A stretch of 32,012 nucleotides of DNA from Octopus bimaculoides (lineage: Eukaryota), in the NCBI RefSeq assembly GCF_001194135.2, contig NC_068996.1, positions 26,693,244 to 26,725,255 on the forward strand, in the 5' to 3' direction. This document shows, one piece after another, positions 23,777 to 32,012 of this stretch. A model generated the notes under the pieces. That model was given only the letters and a program-made list of their open reading frames with translations. It had not been told where the DNA came from and did not search any database. Made by a program: the position numbers and the translations under genes. The number at the start of each line of letters is the position of its first letter. Positions within the stretch are counted from its first letter, which is position 1.

Positions 23777-24145
23777 CTGCTCTGGTTATGAATACTTCCT
23801 TTGAATCATTCCATAGATGTCCTTAGGAATTTATTGTTCTTAATTGTAGGATCTATTAATAATGCTACATTAAATTCAAAACTTGGAAAAGTTTACAGCA
23901 TTGCGTTAGTACTGATTGAGCAGACATACAAAGTAAGAACCCTTGTAATACAACTAAGTTACTAGGTACAGGTTAGCCTCTGTTCAGCAATAAGATTGGT
24001 TTGATTTGGCTGCTATTTCTAGCAGGTAGAATGACCACATAGGGGTTCCCTAATGACTGAGGTACTAATTGGTTAGGAAGGTGAATTATATATCTATTTT
24101 TGTCAAGTTGCAAAGTTTTTAAAATATCTGAACAGCCATTCTTTC
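23777..24145 (-). pseudogene. 369-nt exon remnant, NACHT C-terminal half-like
   Basis: Donor cag|gtagcc (23776). The frame is open for 56 then 37 codons: ...HLPNQLVPQSLGNPYVVILP...SNLVVLQGF...AQSVLTQCC, loosely like WLPxxLP..VKIIVSTLP..NFLEV..L. Acceptor weak. Confidence 0.45.
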
Positions 24146-24229
24146 CTGGGTTTCATTTAATTAAAAAAAAAAAAAATTATCTGAGACACAAACTGTATTA
24201 TTCTTAGTATTGAGATTTTGTCAGTTCAG

Positions 24230-24375
24230 TGTATACATGGCTTTGTAGTAGAGAAGTTTGCTTCTCAATCATGTGGCTTCAGTTTCAGTCCCATTACACA
24301 GTACCTTGACCAAGTGTCTTCTGGGATGACTTATGCTTTGTGAGGGGATTTGGTAGATGGAAACTGAACAGAAAT
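24230..24375 (+). mobile_element. SINE family B, degenerate 5' half
   Basis: catggctttgtagtagagaagtttgcttctcaatc...ccttgaccaagtgtcttct...gatttggtagatggaaactga; homologous to 26786 and 31247. Confidence 0.8.
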
Positions 24376-24554
24376 TTTTCATATACATACATGTGTGTTA
24401 GCATGAATGTCTATAAAATTATGCTGAGCTATGGGCAGTAACGTCATTGTTCTAGTTGTGCTGTCACTGGTGAAGTTTGTTGACATTTCTTGTCAACATA
24501 ATCATCTATCCTTGCTCTGGCATTCCTATGGAATAAAAACTCTCTTGTCTGAAA

Positions 24555-24635
24555 AAACGCTGACAGCTGCAAAAACCCTGCCTTGATATTTACATCCACC
24601 TAAGCCATGCTAGCATGAAAACTAGACATTAAACA
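24555..24635 (+). mobile_element. Degenerate 3' fragment of a further interspersed repeat (family D)
   Basis: cagctgcaaaaaccctgcc...agccatgctagcatgaaaactagacattaaa; similar to 26635-26778. Confidence 0.55.
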
Positions 24636-25032
24636 AAATCACACTATAGATACATGTACATATTTTATCTCTGACGGATTAGGGACACAGGCAAGATTTG
24701 AAATCGGGTCATAAGGCTAGGGCAGAATACAACTTTTACCATTTCAGAACTTTTGAGTTTTAAAAGAATGCATAGTAGGGAGTGCTGGTGAAGCCCTAAG
24801 CTATAGAAAGCTTTTAGCAGGTTTGGAGTTGTTAAAAAATTTACACCTGAAGGTCTCAAAAATGTAACAAATTTGCTTATGCTTAAATTCTCTGACTTTG
24901 ATAATTAAGATTCTGAAATTTTCTGTAGTAGAAATTCCCCTGTTATGATTATCACATTTTGATGAAAAATGTCTCAAGAAAGAAAAAAAAAACACTCCAG
25001 GTCTTATATGCTAAGTTGGGCCTATATTACAT

Positions 25033-25323
25033 ACTTTATTGCACTAAAACCTTGCTGCTGAAATTGGGGCATGTCTAATACGCTTGTGCATTTTTTATGC
25101 CATCAAATATGGTGTAAAATGCTGCTGTTCTTTACCCCCCAGATCAGAGTGGCAAACCTTGACAGCAATTTCTGCTGTGTATAATTTATGTAGTTAGCTC
25201 ATGCTCAAGGTATCTCTCACTGAAACTTGCCTGGAGTAGGTTTATCAATGATGCAGTGAGAACTTGTTCTTACTGCAGTAACTTCTCAGACAGTACGTGG
25301 GATCCATTGTACAGGGATGAAAT
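25033..25323 (-). pseudogene. Exon remnant, NACHT core / Walker-B-proximal-like
   Basis: Acceptor tgttgccctttcag (AG 25325-25324); donors ggg|gtaaag (about 25135) or aaa|gtatgt (25032). Reads ISSLY...LTASLINLLQASFSERYL (cf. LxxxFxxLLxxAxxxRPL), then after a frameshift LHKLYTAEIAVKV (cf. LDQLSxxxxAxxL). Confidence 0.5.
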
Positions 25324-25864
25324 CTGAAAGGGCAACATTCAAGGGAAATGTTTTGGTGGAGGATTGATGCAAGACCAGTGAGCAACAAGGAGCAGTGGCT
25401 GTTGTAGTTTGGCAGAGGAAGCAGAGAGAGTATGTGGAAAGATATGACTTGCTCTAAAAGTTATCATGCTGTGTTGAATTAAAGAAATTCTATAGACCCT
25501 CACTTAGAAAGTCAATCCAGTATTCAAACTCCCTAGTAGTCTTCACTACATCCAGTACAATGAACAAGTGCCCCAAATTAAATACTTCAACTCAGGACCA
25601 CAATTCATACACTCTCCAAGAAACAGGTCTTGGACAAGACACTTAGCTACTCTACTCTAGATGAGCCACTATATCTCATACTAGATCCCTCATTCCTGTA
25701 TCCATGATCACATACACTTCCATAAAGTACTCAGAATTTTGTAGGTAGCATGTGCCCTGATCCAGTACTCAGTACCTCAGATATACTTCCCTAATGGTAT
25801 CCAGTATCATATGCCAAATGTAGCAACACATTAACAGAGTTGTTAACATGTCTGACAGAAAGCT

Positions 25865-25925
25865 TGAGTTCAAATTCCATCGAGGTCAACATGGCCCTTC
25901 ATCCTTTTGGGGTCAATAAAAACAT
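25865..25925 (+). mobile_element. SINE family A, short fragment
   Basis: gagttcaaattccatcgaggtcaacatggcccttcatccttttggggtcaataaa. Confidence 0.75.
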
Positions 25926-25980
25926 ACTAATCTAATGAGTGGATTGGGGAACTTTAAGAATGTCGGCCATAGTGATACCT

Positions 25981-26314
25981 TCTGAGTTATGACCTTATTC
26001 ATCTTGATCAACTTCGCTCAGATTGTGGTAAAGACACTAGGCTTACTATTATAGACTTGAACAAACATGTTCATTTTTGACAAGGTAAATACTTTCATGA
26101 GAGCTGAGGTATGCAGAAGCCCCAAAATAATTTTAGAGTATGCTAAAGATAAAGGCACTTGAATGTTTACTAGTGAAGTAGAATCTATGTTGCAAGCAAA
26201 AGCAAGTTTAAATCTGTGAATGGAAACGAGGTGTTCTCTTATCAAATTGCTGAATTCATGTACATTCAGAAGTTCAGTGAAAAATCTTTTTCTAATTTTG
26301 GGAACAATTTGTCA
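25981..26314 (+). repeat. Inverted, diverged duplicate of 28436-28795
   Basis: Its reverse complement aligns along the whole length with 28436-28795, including a 23-nt identity (26234-26256 vs 28489-28511) and a 15-nt identity (26091-26105 vs 28648-28662). Similarity stops at cag|gtattt (26316). Confidence 0.92.
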
Positions 26315-26634
26315 GGTATTTCTGGCTCTTTGCATTCAGAGTTGAAATCCTGCCATGGCCAATTTGGGTAACCATGGCATAATATCACTAGGCACATTGG
26401 GTGCCTTTAGTGGAGTTCACTCTTTTGAAAGCACTTGGGCTAGCTTTTCTCCCACTAGCATGTCTTATGGTCTTTCCTCGATTGATGTATGTATAAAAGA
26501 TTGCCCTATGCAACATTAACAGGCACCATGGTTAAGTACTCAGTTCCACAAGCATAGTACCCCAATGAATTTGTCAATTAAATTACACACACAGTATGAC
26601 TTAATATAGTCATGTATATATGTACATACTGTAA

Positions 26635-26778
26635 GGTGGCATTACAAAGGGCATCCAGCTGTAGAAATTATGCTATGCAAAGTAAACATTGTAGCTTAAC
26701 TCTGGCTCCCCTGATCCTGTTGAACCATCCAACCCATACCAGCATATAAATGTTTGTTAAATGGTGATGACAATGATA
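26635..26778 (+). mobile_element. 3' part of an octopus-type retroposon (family D) with (GAT)n-like tail
   Basis: ggcattacaaagggcatccagctgtagaaa...catccaacccataccagcat...gttaaatggtgatgacaatga. Confidence 0.7.
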
Positions 26779-26785
26779 TATATAC

Positions 26786-27120
26786 ACAAGTATGGCTGTG
26801 GTAAGAAGCTCCTCAACCACATAGTTCCAGGTTCAGTCTCACTGTGTGGTACCTGGGGCAAGTGTCTTCTACTATGGCCTTGAGTGGATTTGGTAGACAG
26901 AAACTGGAAAAAGCCTGTCACCTATATATATATATGTATATATTTATGTATGTGCTTTTGTGACTGTTTTATGTCCCTGTAACTTAGCAGTTAGGCAAAG
27001 AGACTGATAGAGTAAGTACTAAGTTTAAAAAAAATAAGTCCTGGGATTGATTTGTTTGACTAAAGCCCTTTCAGAGCATGGCCACAGTCAAATGACAAAC
27101 AAGTAAAAGATAAAAGATAA
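26786..27120 (+). mobile_element. SINE family B, essentially full length with internal (TA)n
   Basis: A-box-like tggctgtggt, B-box-like ggttcagtctc, CORE-like cctggggcaagtgtctt, internal microsatellite, and 3' tail gcatggccacagtcaaatgac...aagtaaaaga(taaaaga). Confidence 0.88.
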
Positions 27121-27150
27121 AATAAATATATATATATATATATATAATCC

Positions 27151-27340
27151 ATCAATTCAAAACTGGACCTCTTCCTGTCGAGAGTCCCAGATGAACCTAC
27201 CTCACAGCGAGAGGTGCAAATGAGGGTAGCGACATCAAACTCCATTCTTCACCAAGTGCCACATATTGGAGGAGGCTCTCAGTAATAACAGTGTAGCAAA
27301 ACGGCGGTGCCACAGCTCTGAGATGAAACTACCAAAAAAA
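27151..27340 (+). mobile_element. 5'-truncated LINE 3' end (CR1-like ORF2 C-terminus plus 3' UTR)
   Basis: 27160-27285 reads KLDLFLSRVPDEPTSQREVQMRVATSNSILHQVPHIGGGSQ*, matching the xLDxFLxxVPDEP...SNS motif typical of CR1-group ORF2 ends; then a short UTR ending in an A-run. Confidence 0.72.
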
Positions 27341-27593
27341 TATTATATGTATATTATATATTACATGCACAAACACATGAATGTATGTCCATACATATAT
27401 ATATATATATATGTAGTTGCACTTGACATAAAAAACAAAATAGATCAGATTATAGTGTTTGAGTGATACAGGTGTTGCTCTCTAAAATGTCTGAACCCAT
27501 TAAACTGACAAGCAAAATATGATGACCAGAGACTTCAAACTCTACGAGTTGCTTTCAGGATGTCCTCCCATGTACATTTATATACACTTGCAT

Positions 27594-27852
27594 ATCTTTT
27601 ATCTTTTATTTGTTTCAGTCATTAGACTGTGGCCATGCTGGGGCACCACCTGGAGAATTTTTAGTCGATTGAATCAACCCCAGTATTTCTCTTTCTTTTT
27701 TTTTTTTGAAGCCTGGTACTTATTCTATTGGTCTCTTTTGCTGAACTACTAAGTTACAGGTATATAAACACCAATACTGGTTGTCAAGTGATGGTTGGGA
27801 ATATACACAGATACAAAGACACACATATGTATATACATATATATATATATAT
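27594..27852 (-). mobile_element. SINE family B, 3' half, inverted relative to 26786-27120
   Basis: Reverse complement reads ...cctgtaacttagtagttcagcaaaagagaccaatagaataagtacc...ggtgccccagcatggccacagtctaatgactgaaacaaataaaaga. Confidence 0.88.
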
Positions 27853-27854
27853 TT

Positions 27855-28210
27855 GGACCAGTGAACACAACATGATTTTTTTCATTCTCTCTGTCGAAGA
27901 ACATAGGCTCAATGACTCTAAAGTTCATCTCCCTCTTTGACAGGTTACATTTTACACTTTGCAGGCTGTCCAAAAATCACTCTCTTCACCAAATAAGCTT
28001 GTTGGGGTTGCTGATTTAGTAATGCAAGTTGTTCTCATTTACAAGATCACCAGTATCAGACCCTTTGACCATCAGAGATCGCAATGGCATTAGTTTAGCT
28101 TCACGCCTCACTCAAGTGGTTCACTTTCAATTTTACTTTGAATGCTAGAAACAGCCTTGAAATCACCCTCAGCAAATGATAAAGATCAGATCATCCACTA
28201 CTTTTTCTCC
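27855..28210 (-). pseudogene. Exon-like remnant
   Basis: Acceptor with branch-like tactaat and atgtttacag (AG 28212-28211). Fragmented frames GEKVVDDLIFII / LSFAEGDFKAVSSIQS / FRVIEPMFFDRENEKNHVVFTGP. Confidence 0.4.
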
Positions 28211-28435
28211 CTGTAAACATCCATAAGATGGAACAAAGAAATTAGTAAAATAACTTTTTTAAATTTATAAGAAAGATTGAAAGATAAAATAAGGCTGAAA
28301 CTATTTTAAGAAATATTTTCAAGAGTCAACTAGATAACTGGTATGGAATTTAGTATATATATATAATGGTTTGTCAATAATAATAATAATAATAATAATG
28401 ATATTGATTTCTTTATCTATAATAATAATTAGCAG

Positions 28436-28795
28436 TGACAAATTGTCCCCAAATTAGATAGTTTTTCATCAAACTTCTAATGCATATAAATTCAGCAATT
28501 TGATAAGAGAATACTTTGTTTCGTTCAGAGATTTAAACTTGCCTTTTACTTGCAACTAGATGGATTCTACTTCACTAATAAGCATTCAAGTGTCTTTATC
28601 TTTAGCATTTCTTACTCTAAATTTATTCTGGGGCTTCTGCATGCCTGAGCTCTCATGAAAGTTTCTATTTTATGGAAGTGTTGCCAAAAGTGAACATATT
28701 CATTCAAGTCTACAACTAGCGGGTCTCCAGTGAGCTTCAAATCTTCACCACAACCAAGACAAAGTTGATCAAGATGATTAAGGCCATAATTCAGA
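28436..28795 (-). pseudogene. Exon remnant, region preceding the NACHT Walker A
   Basis: 59 open codons NYGLNHLDQLCLGCGEDLKLTGDPLVVDLNEYVHFWQHFHKIETFMRAQACRSPRINLE*. LCxxxxED and CxSxxIxxxY spacing resembles recalled NWD2; no intact GxxxxGK[ST]. Confidence 0.45.
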
Positions 28796-29093
28796 TAAAA
28801 AATATCGATTTGTTATTTTTTTTTTTGCTGTAATTGCTCTAAACCTCCTCTATTAACATTTGATTCACTTTATTGGAATCAATAACTATGGTTCTTTTCA
28901 TAGAATTTTAATTTTAACTCCACAAATAAAATAAATTAAGTAATGAAAGTATTAAATAGCATAAAGAAAATTACTAAGTAATGTTAATAAATCATTGATA
29001 GTAGAATGCCTTACAAATGATATAAGCATTCAGTGTGACATTTCCATTAGTTCAGTTGATTCCATCAAATATTTTGATATTACATTCATAACT

Positions 29094-29283
29094 GATTTCA
29101 AATTTTGGCACAAGGCCAGCAGTTTCAGAGGAGGGGGTTAAATAGATTACATCAACCCCAGTGTTCAACTGGAACTAGTTCTATCCACCCGGAAGGATAA
29201 AAGGCAAAGTCAAACTGCAAAATTTGAATTCAGAATGTAAGAGTTTGCCCAGCATACTTACGATTTTGCCAGCTCGCTACCTT
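29094..29283 (-). mobile_element. SINE family A
   Basis: Plus strand aattttggcacaaggccagc...gattacatcaaccccagtgttcaactgg...aaggcaaagtcaaactgcaaaatttgaattcagaa...tgccagctcgctacctt is the reverse complement of family A. Confidence 0.85.
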
Positions 29284-29810
29284 TATTATATTCATAATTA
29301 ACGTGAGCAAAGCATGGCTGTTAACTAATTTACCCCGAGTATGTTAGATGCTATTAGAAGAGTGAGAGCAATTAACAGCAAACAAAAAGAATATAATTAA
29401 CTTTTCCTTTTAATTACGATCCTCCTTATTGCCTTCGACTTTGTCTTGACTGTGGTGGTAGACACTTGAATTGCACTGAGGATGAATTTGAACGTGTATT
29501 TAAAGATATTAATTCGATTCAATTATCATTTGCAATAAATAAATGACACTTTCATTCCCCCCCNNNNNNNNNNNAGTAAAACATCGTCACTTTTGACAAG
29601 ATAAACGTTTATGTTCATAGGATCCTAGAACGGAAACACCAAATTATTTGAAATTTAAAGTTTGTATTTTCTTTCTGAATGCATAGCTTTTGTAGATGGG
29701 CATAAAATGAAAAAGTGAGTAGAACTCCTTCTCCTCATCCTCTCCCCCGTGGAACTGTTTACCGACAAAAATGAAAGTAAACTAATAGACACTGGAGTGT
29801 CGGTTAGACA

Positions 29811-30015
29811 CTAACAAAGCACCGAGTGTGACATTGCTATTTTGAAGTTTGACTCATCAATTATATTGCTAATTGATGAGAGCAAATCATGGCTATTTAT
29901 GATGCAAATGTATTGAATGTTAAAAGAGAGATAACAATTACTTTTCTGCAGAACTGTGACTTTCTTCATTGCATTCGACTTTTCGCTTATTGAAACCCCT
30001 TTGCTTTCGACAAAC
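29811..30015 (-). pseudogene. Candidate upstream exon remnant
   Basis: Acceptor tactagttgcag; open frame FVESKGVSISEK...YICIINSHDLLSSISNIIDES, loosely like recalled NWD SVTE...CLCFxRxIxDL...FID. Weak. Confidence 0.3.
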
Positions 30016-30936
30016 CTGCAACTAGTAAATGTGAATGCCAAACTGAACCGAAAGTATAACATGTCGTAATTGCTTAACGTGTATGGCGAAAGTTAACCAG
30101 CGTTTATGTTATGCGGATACATTTCAGGGACGTACGCCGGAGATTAAAGTTAAACATCAGCGAGAAATCCAGTGAGACGGCGTTACCAAACAAAGACTAC
30201 TTTGTGATATTTGTTCCAGATCAATTCTTGTTAAAATTGCTACAGAAAAGGAAACTTGTATTGTAACAAGAGACGTTATTGTTTACAAACTGTGTAAAAT
30301 GAATGATTGATGAATTGTTACATCTTATTAACCATTAAAAAATAAATAACAATCAAAAGTGCAAAAATCATATTAGATAACAGACGCCTGAATACTTTTA
30401 AAAGACGGAATAGTCATGGTTGGAGTGTCTTTGATTCACCTGGTGCTAAGTAACCACGACAATGTGTGCAAAAATCGCGACAGCAGTTGAAGCACAGATG
30501 TCAACAAATATTGTTTATGAATACTGCTATATTGCAAGGGAGGTAACTCACGTGCGACTAAATTTGTTTAAACGTCATTTATTAATTGTGAAATTAACAG
30601 TTTATTGTTCACTCTTTTGCCTTTTAGCTAAACTTAAAGTGTAGTGTTATTAAATATGTTAACATTAACTTAAAAATGAAAATAAGTTGGTTTCCGAAAT
30701 AAAAGCTGGAAAAATTTTCAGGAATATAAATGTATTTAGAGTTTCCCGAGATTGAATTATGTAACTACATGCAATGCAATGCAAGAAATATTATTTGAAA
30801 GTTTTCCGCATTTTAAGCAAAGTTCTCACACAAACATACATCCATATATGTTCATGCATATATGCACAAACATAAATGTATACAGAGTTACGTACCGTGC
30901 TTAACAATTTCAGCGTGGTCATGCTTTACCACCTTG

Positions 30937-30940
<4 letters not shown>

Positions 30941-31018
<78 letters not shown>
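30941..31018. repeat. Perfect (TA)n microsatellite
   Basis: Directly visible. Confidence 0.98.
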
Positions 31019-31021
<3 letters not shown>

Positions 31022-31246
31022 CCATTGTTCATTATAGTTTCTGATATACAAAATGATGGAATAATGATATGATGGCCGGAGCGCCTTTAATCATAGTTCA
31101 GCACGATACAGTTTATCTGAGCTTAAACAACTACCTAATTCTATTTAATGTACATAATTCTTTGCTATAAATCGTGGTTATTCCCCTTGTTCAAAATGAG
31201 ACCATGACAATTTACACAAACATGTATGTATAATGCATATATTTAG

Positions 31247-31450
31247 GTGCAGGCGTGGCTGCGTAGTAAGAAGCTTGCTTCCCAACTACATGGTTCTGAG
31301 TTCACCCACACTGAGGGGCACCCTGTGCAAGTCGCCTCTGCTATAGCCTCGGGCCGACCAAAGCCATGTGAAGGAATTTAGTAGATGAAAGCTGAAAGAA
31401 GCTTGTCGCGCGAGTATATATATATATACGAGTATATATATATGTATATA
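31247..31450 (+). mobile_element. SINE family B, 5' half, interrupted in its (TA)n by the fold-back element
   Basis: gcaggcgtggctgcgtagtaagaagcttgcttccc...ctatagcctcgggccgaccaaagcc...gctgaaagaagcttgtcg followed by (TA)n. Confidence 0.87.
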
Positions 31451-31986
31451 CGAGGGTGAGTAAAAAAATAATGCCATTTTGTTTAGGACAGGTATAATTG
31501 CCATATGTATCATATATCAAAATGAAGCTGGTCCTCTGTGGATCTCATCCCTACTTTTCAACATAGTCACCGTTTCTCTCAATAGCAAATGTTCCACCTT
31601 CGAATGAGAGCATATGTCCCTGCCCCGTAAAATTCTGTTGACTGTTCTTTGAGCCACTTCTTCATTACAGTTTTCACTTCCTCGTCACTGGATTTTGCCT
31701 CTCAAACTCTCTTTCATGGGGCCGAAGAGATGATAGTCCAGTGACGAGGAAGTGAAAACTATAGTGAAGAAGTGGCTCAAAGAATAGTGAACAGAATTTT
31801 ACGGGGCAGGGACACATGCTCTCATTTGAAGGTGGAACATTGCTATTGAAAGAAACGGTGACTATGTTGAGAAGTAGGGATGAGATCCAGAGAGGACCAA
31901 CTTCATTTTGATGTATGGTACATGTCCCTGTGTTGGTAATTATACCTGTCCTAAACATAATGGCATTACTTTTTGACTCACCCTCG
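31451..31986. mobile_element. 536-bp mariner-derived fold-back MITE (arms 31451-31692 and 31737-31986, 44-nt loop)
   Basis: Ends TA|CGAGGGTGAG...CTCACCCTCG|TA. Arms are reverse complements. Each arm encodes a mariner transposase C-terminus (SDEEVK...KWLKE..TEFY.AG...L..RW...IERNGDYVEK*); the loop reads DYHLFGPMKESLRGK on the - strand. Confidence 0.93.
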
Positions 31987-32012
31987 TATATATATATATA
32001 TATATATATATA

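Larger units (their letters stand above)
5905..30040 (-). pseudogene. Decayed multi-exon NWD1/NWD2-like (NACHT + WD40) gene, convergent with Nova
   Basis: At least 12 higher-complexity blocks on the - strand, many bounded by polypyrimidine-AG acceptors and GT donors, with stops and frameshifts. Peptide remnants occur in the expected order: pre-Walker-A region, NACHT core, PxY / LFDxxxxKH helical region, QPL..N....SE motif, then WD40-like blades. The recognised SINE copies lie between the blocks. Family call is from recalled consensus; outer boundaries are approximate. Confidence 0.55.
29400..31200. promoter_or_regulatory. CpG-retaining segment (candidate unmethylated promoter/5' region)
   Basis: About 45 CpG in 1.8 kb by hand count, versus about 5-6 per 1.8 kb at 3301-5100 and 22260-24060; densest at 30060-30190. 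Confidence 0.45.

Noticed and set aside
5905-30040. Minus-strand gene being functional through massive stop-codon editing
   Set aside because: Several blocks require frameshifts, which A-to-I editing cannot repair.

Overview
AT-rich, microsatellite-dense animal DNA with four N gaps. The SINE families and (TA/TG/CA)n density point to a coleoid cephalopod, most likely Octopus (inference). The only intact coding sequence is the 3' end of a Nova/pasilla KH-domain RNA-binding protein gene on the + strand (exons 93-246 and 933-2098; KH2, low-complexity linker, KH3). The remaining ~30 kb looks empty in the ORF track, but hand translation of the - strand shows a series of exon-like blocks between about 5.9 and 30 kb. 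These have splice motifs and in-frame stops/frameshifts, and their peptides follow, in order, motifs I recall from NWD1/NWD2-type NACHT + WD40 proteins, suggesting a large decayed gene converging on Nova. That family call rests on remembered consensus motifs, not on an alignment. Several long-range inverted repeats could fold into dsRNA: 9.8/10.7 kb, 17.6/18.3 kb, an inverted copy of one pseudo-exon at 26.0-26.3/28.4-28.8 kb, and inverted SINE pairs. There are also tRNA-derived SINEs, a LINE 3' end sharing its tail with one SINE family, a CpG-rich segment at 29.4-31.2 kb, and a 536-bp fold-back element built from two copies of a mariner transposase 3' end. Expression, editing and function cannot be seen from sequence alone.
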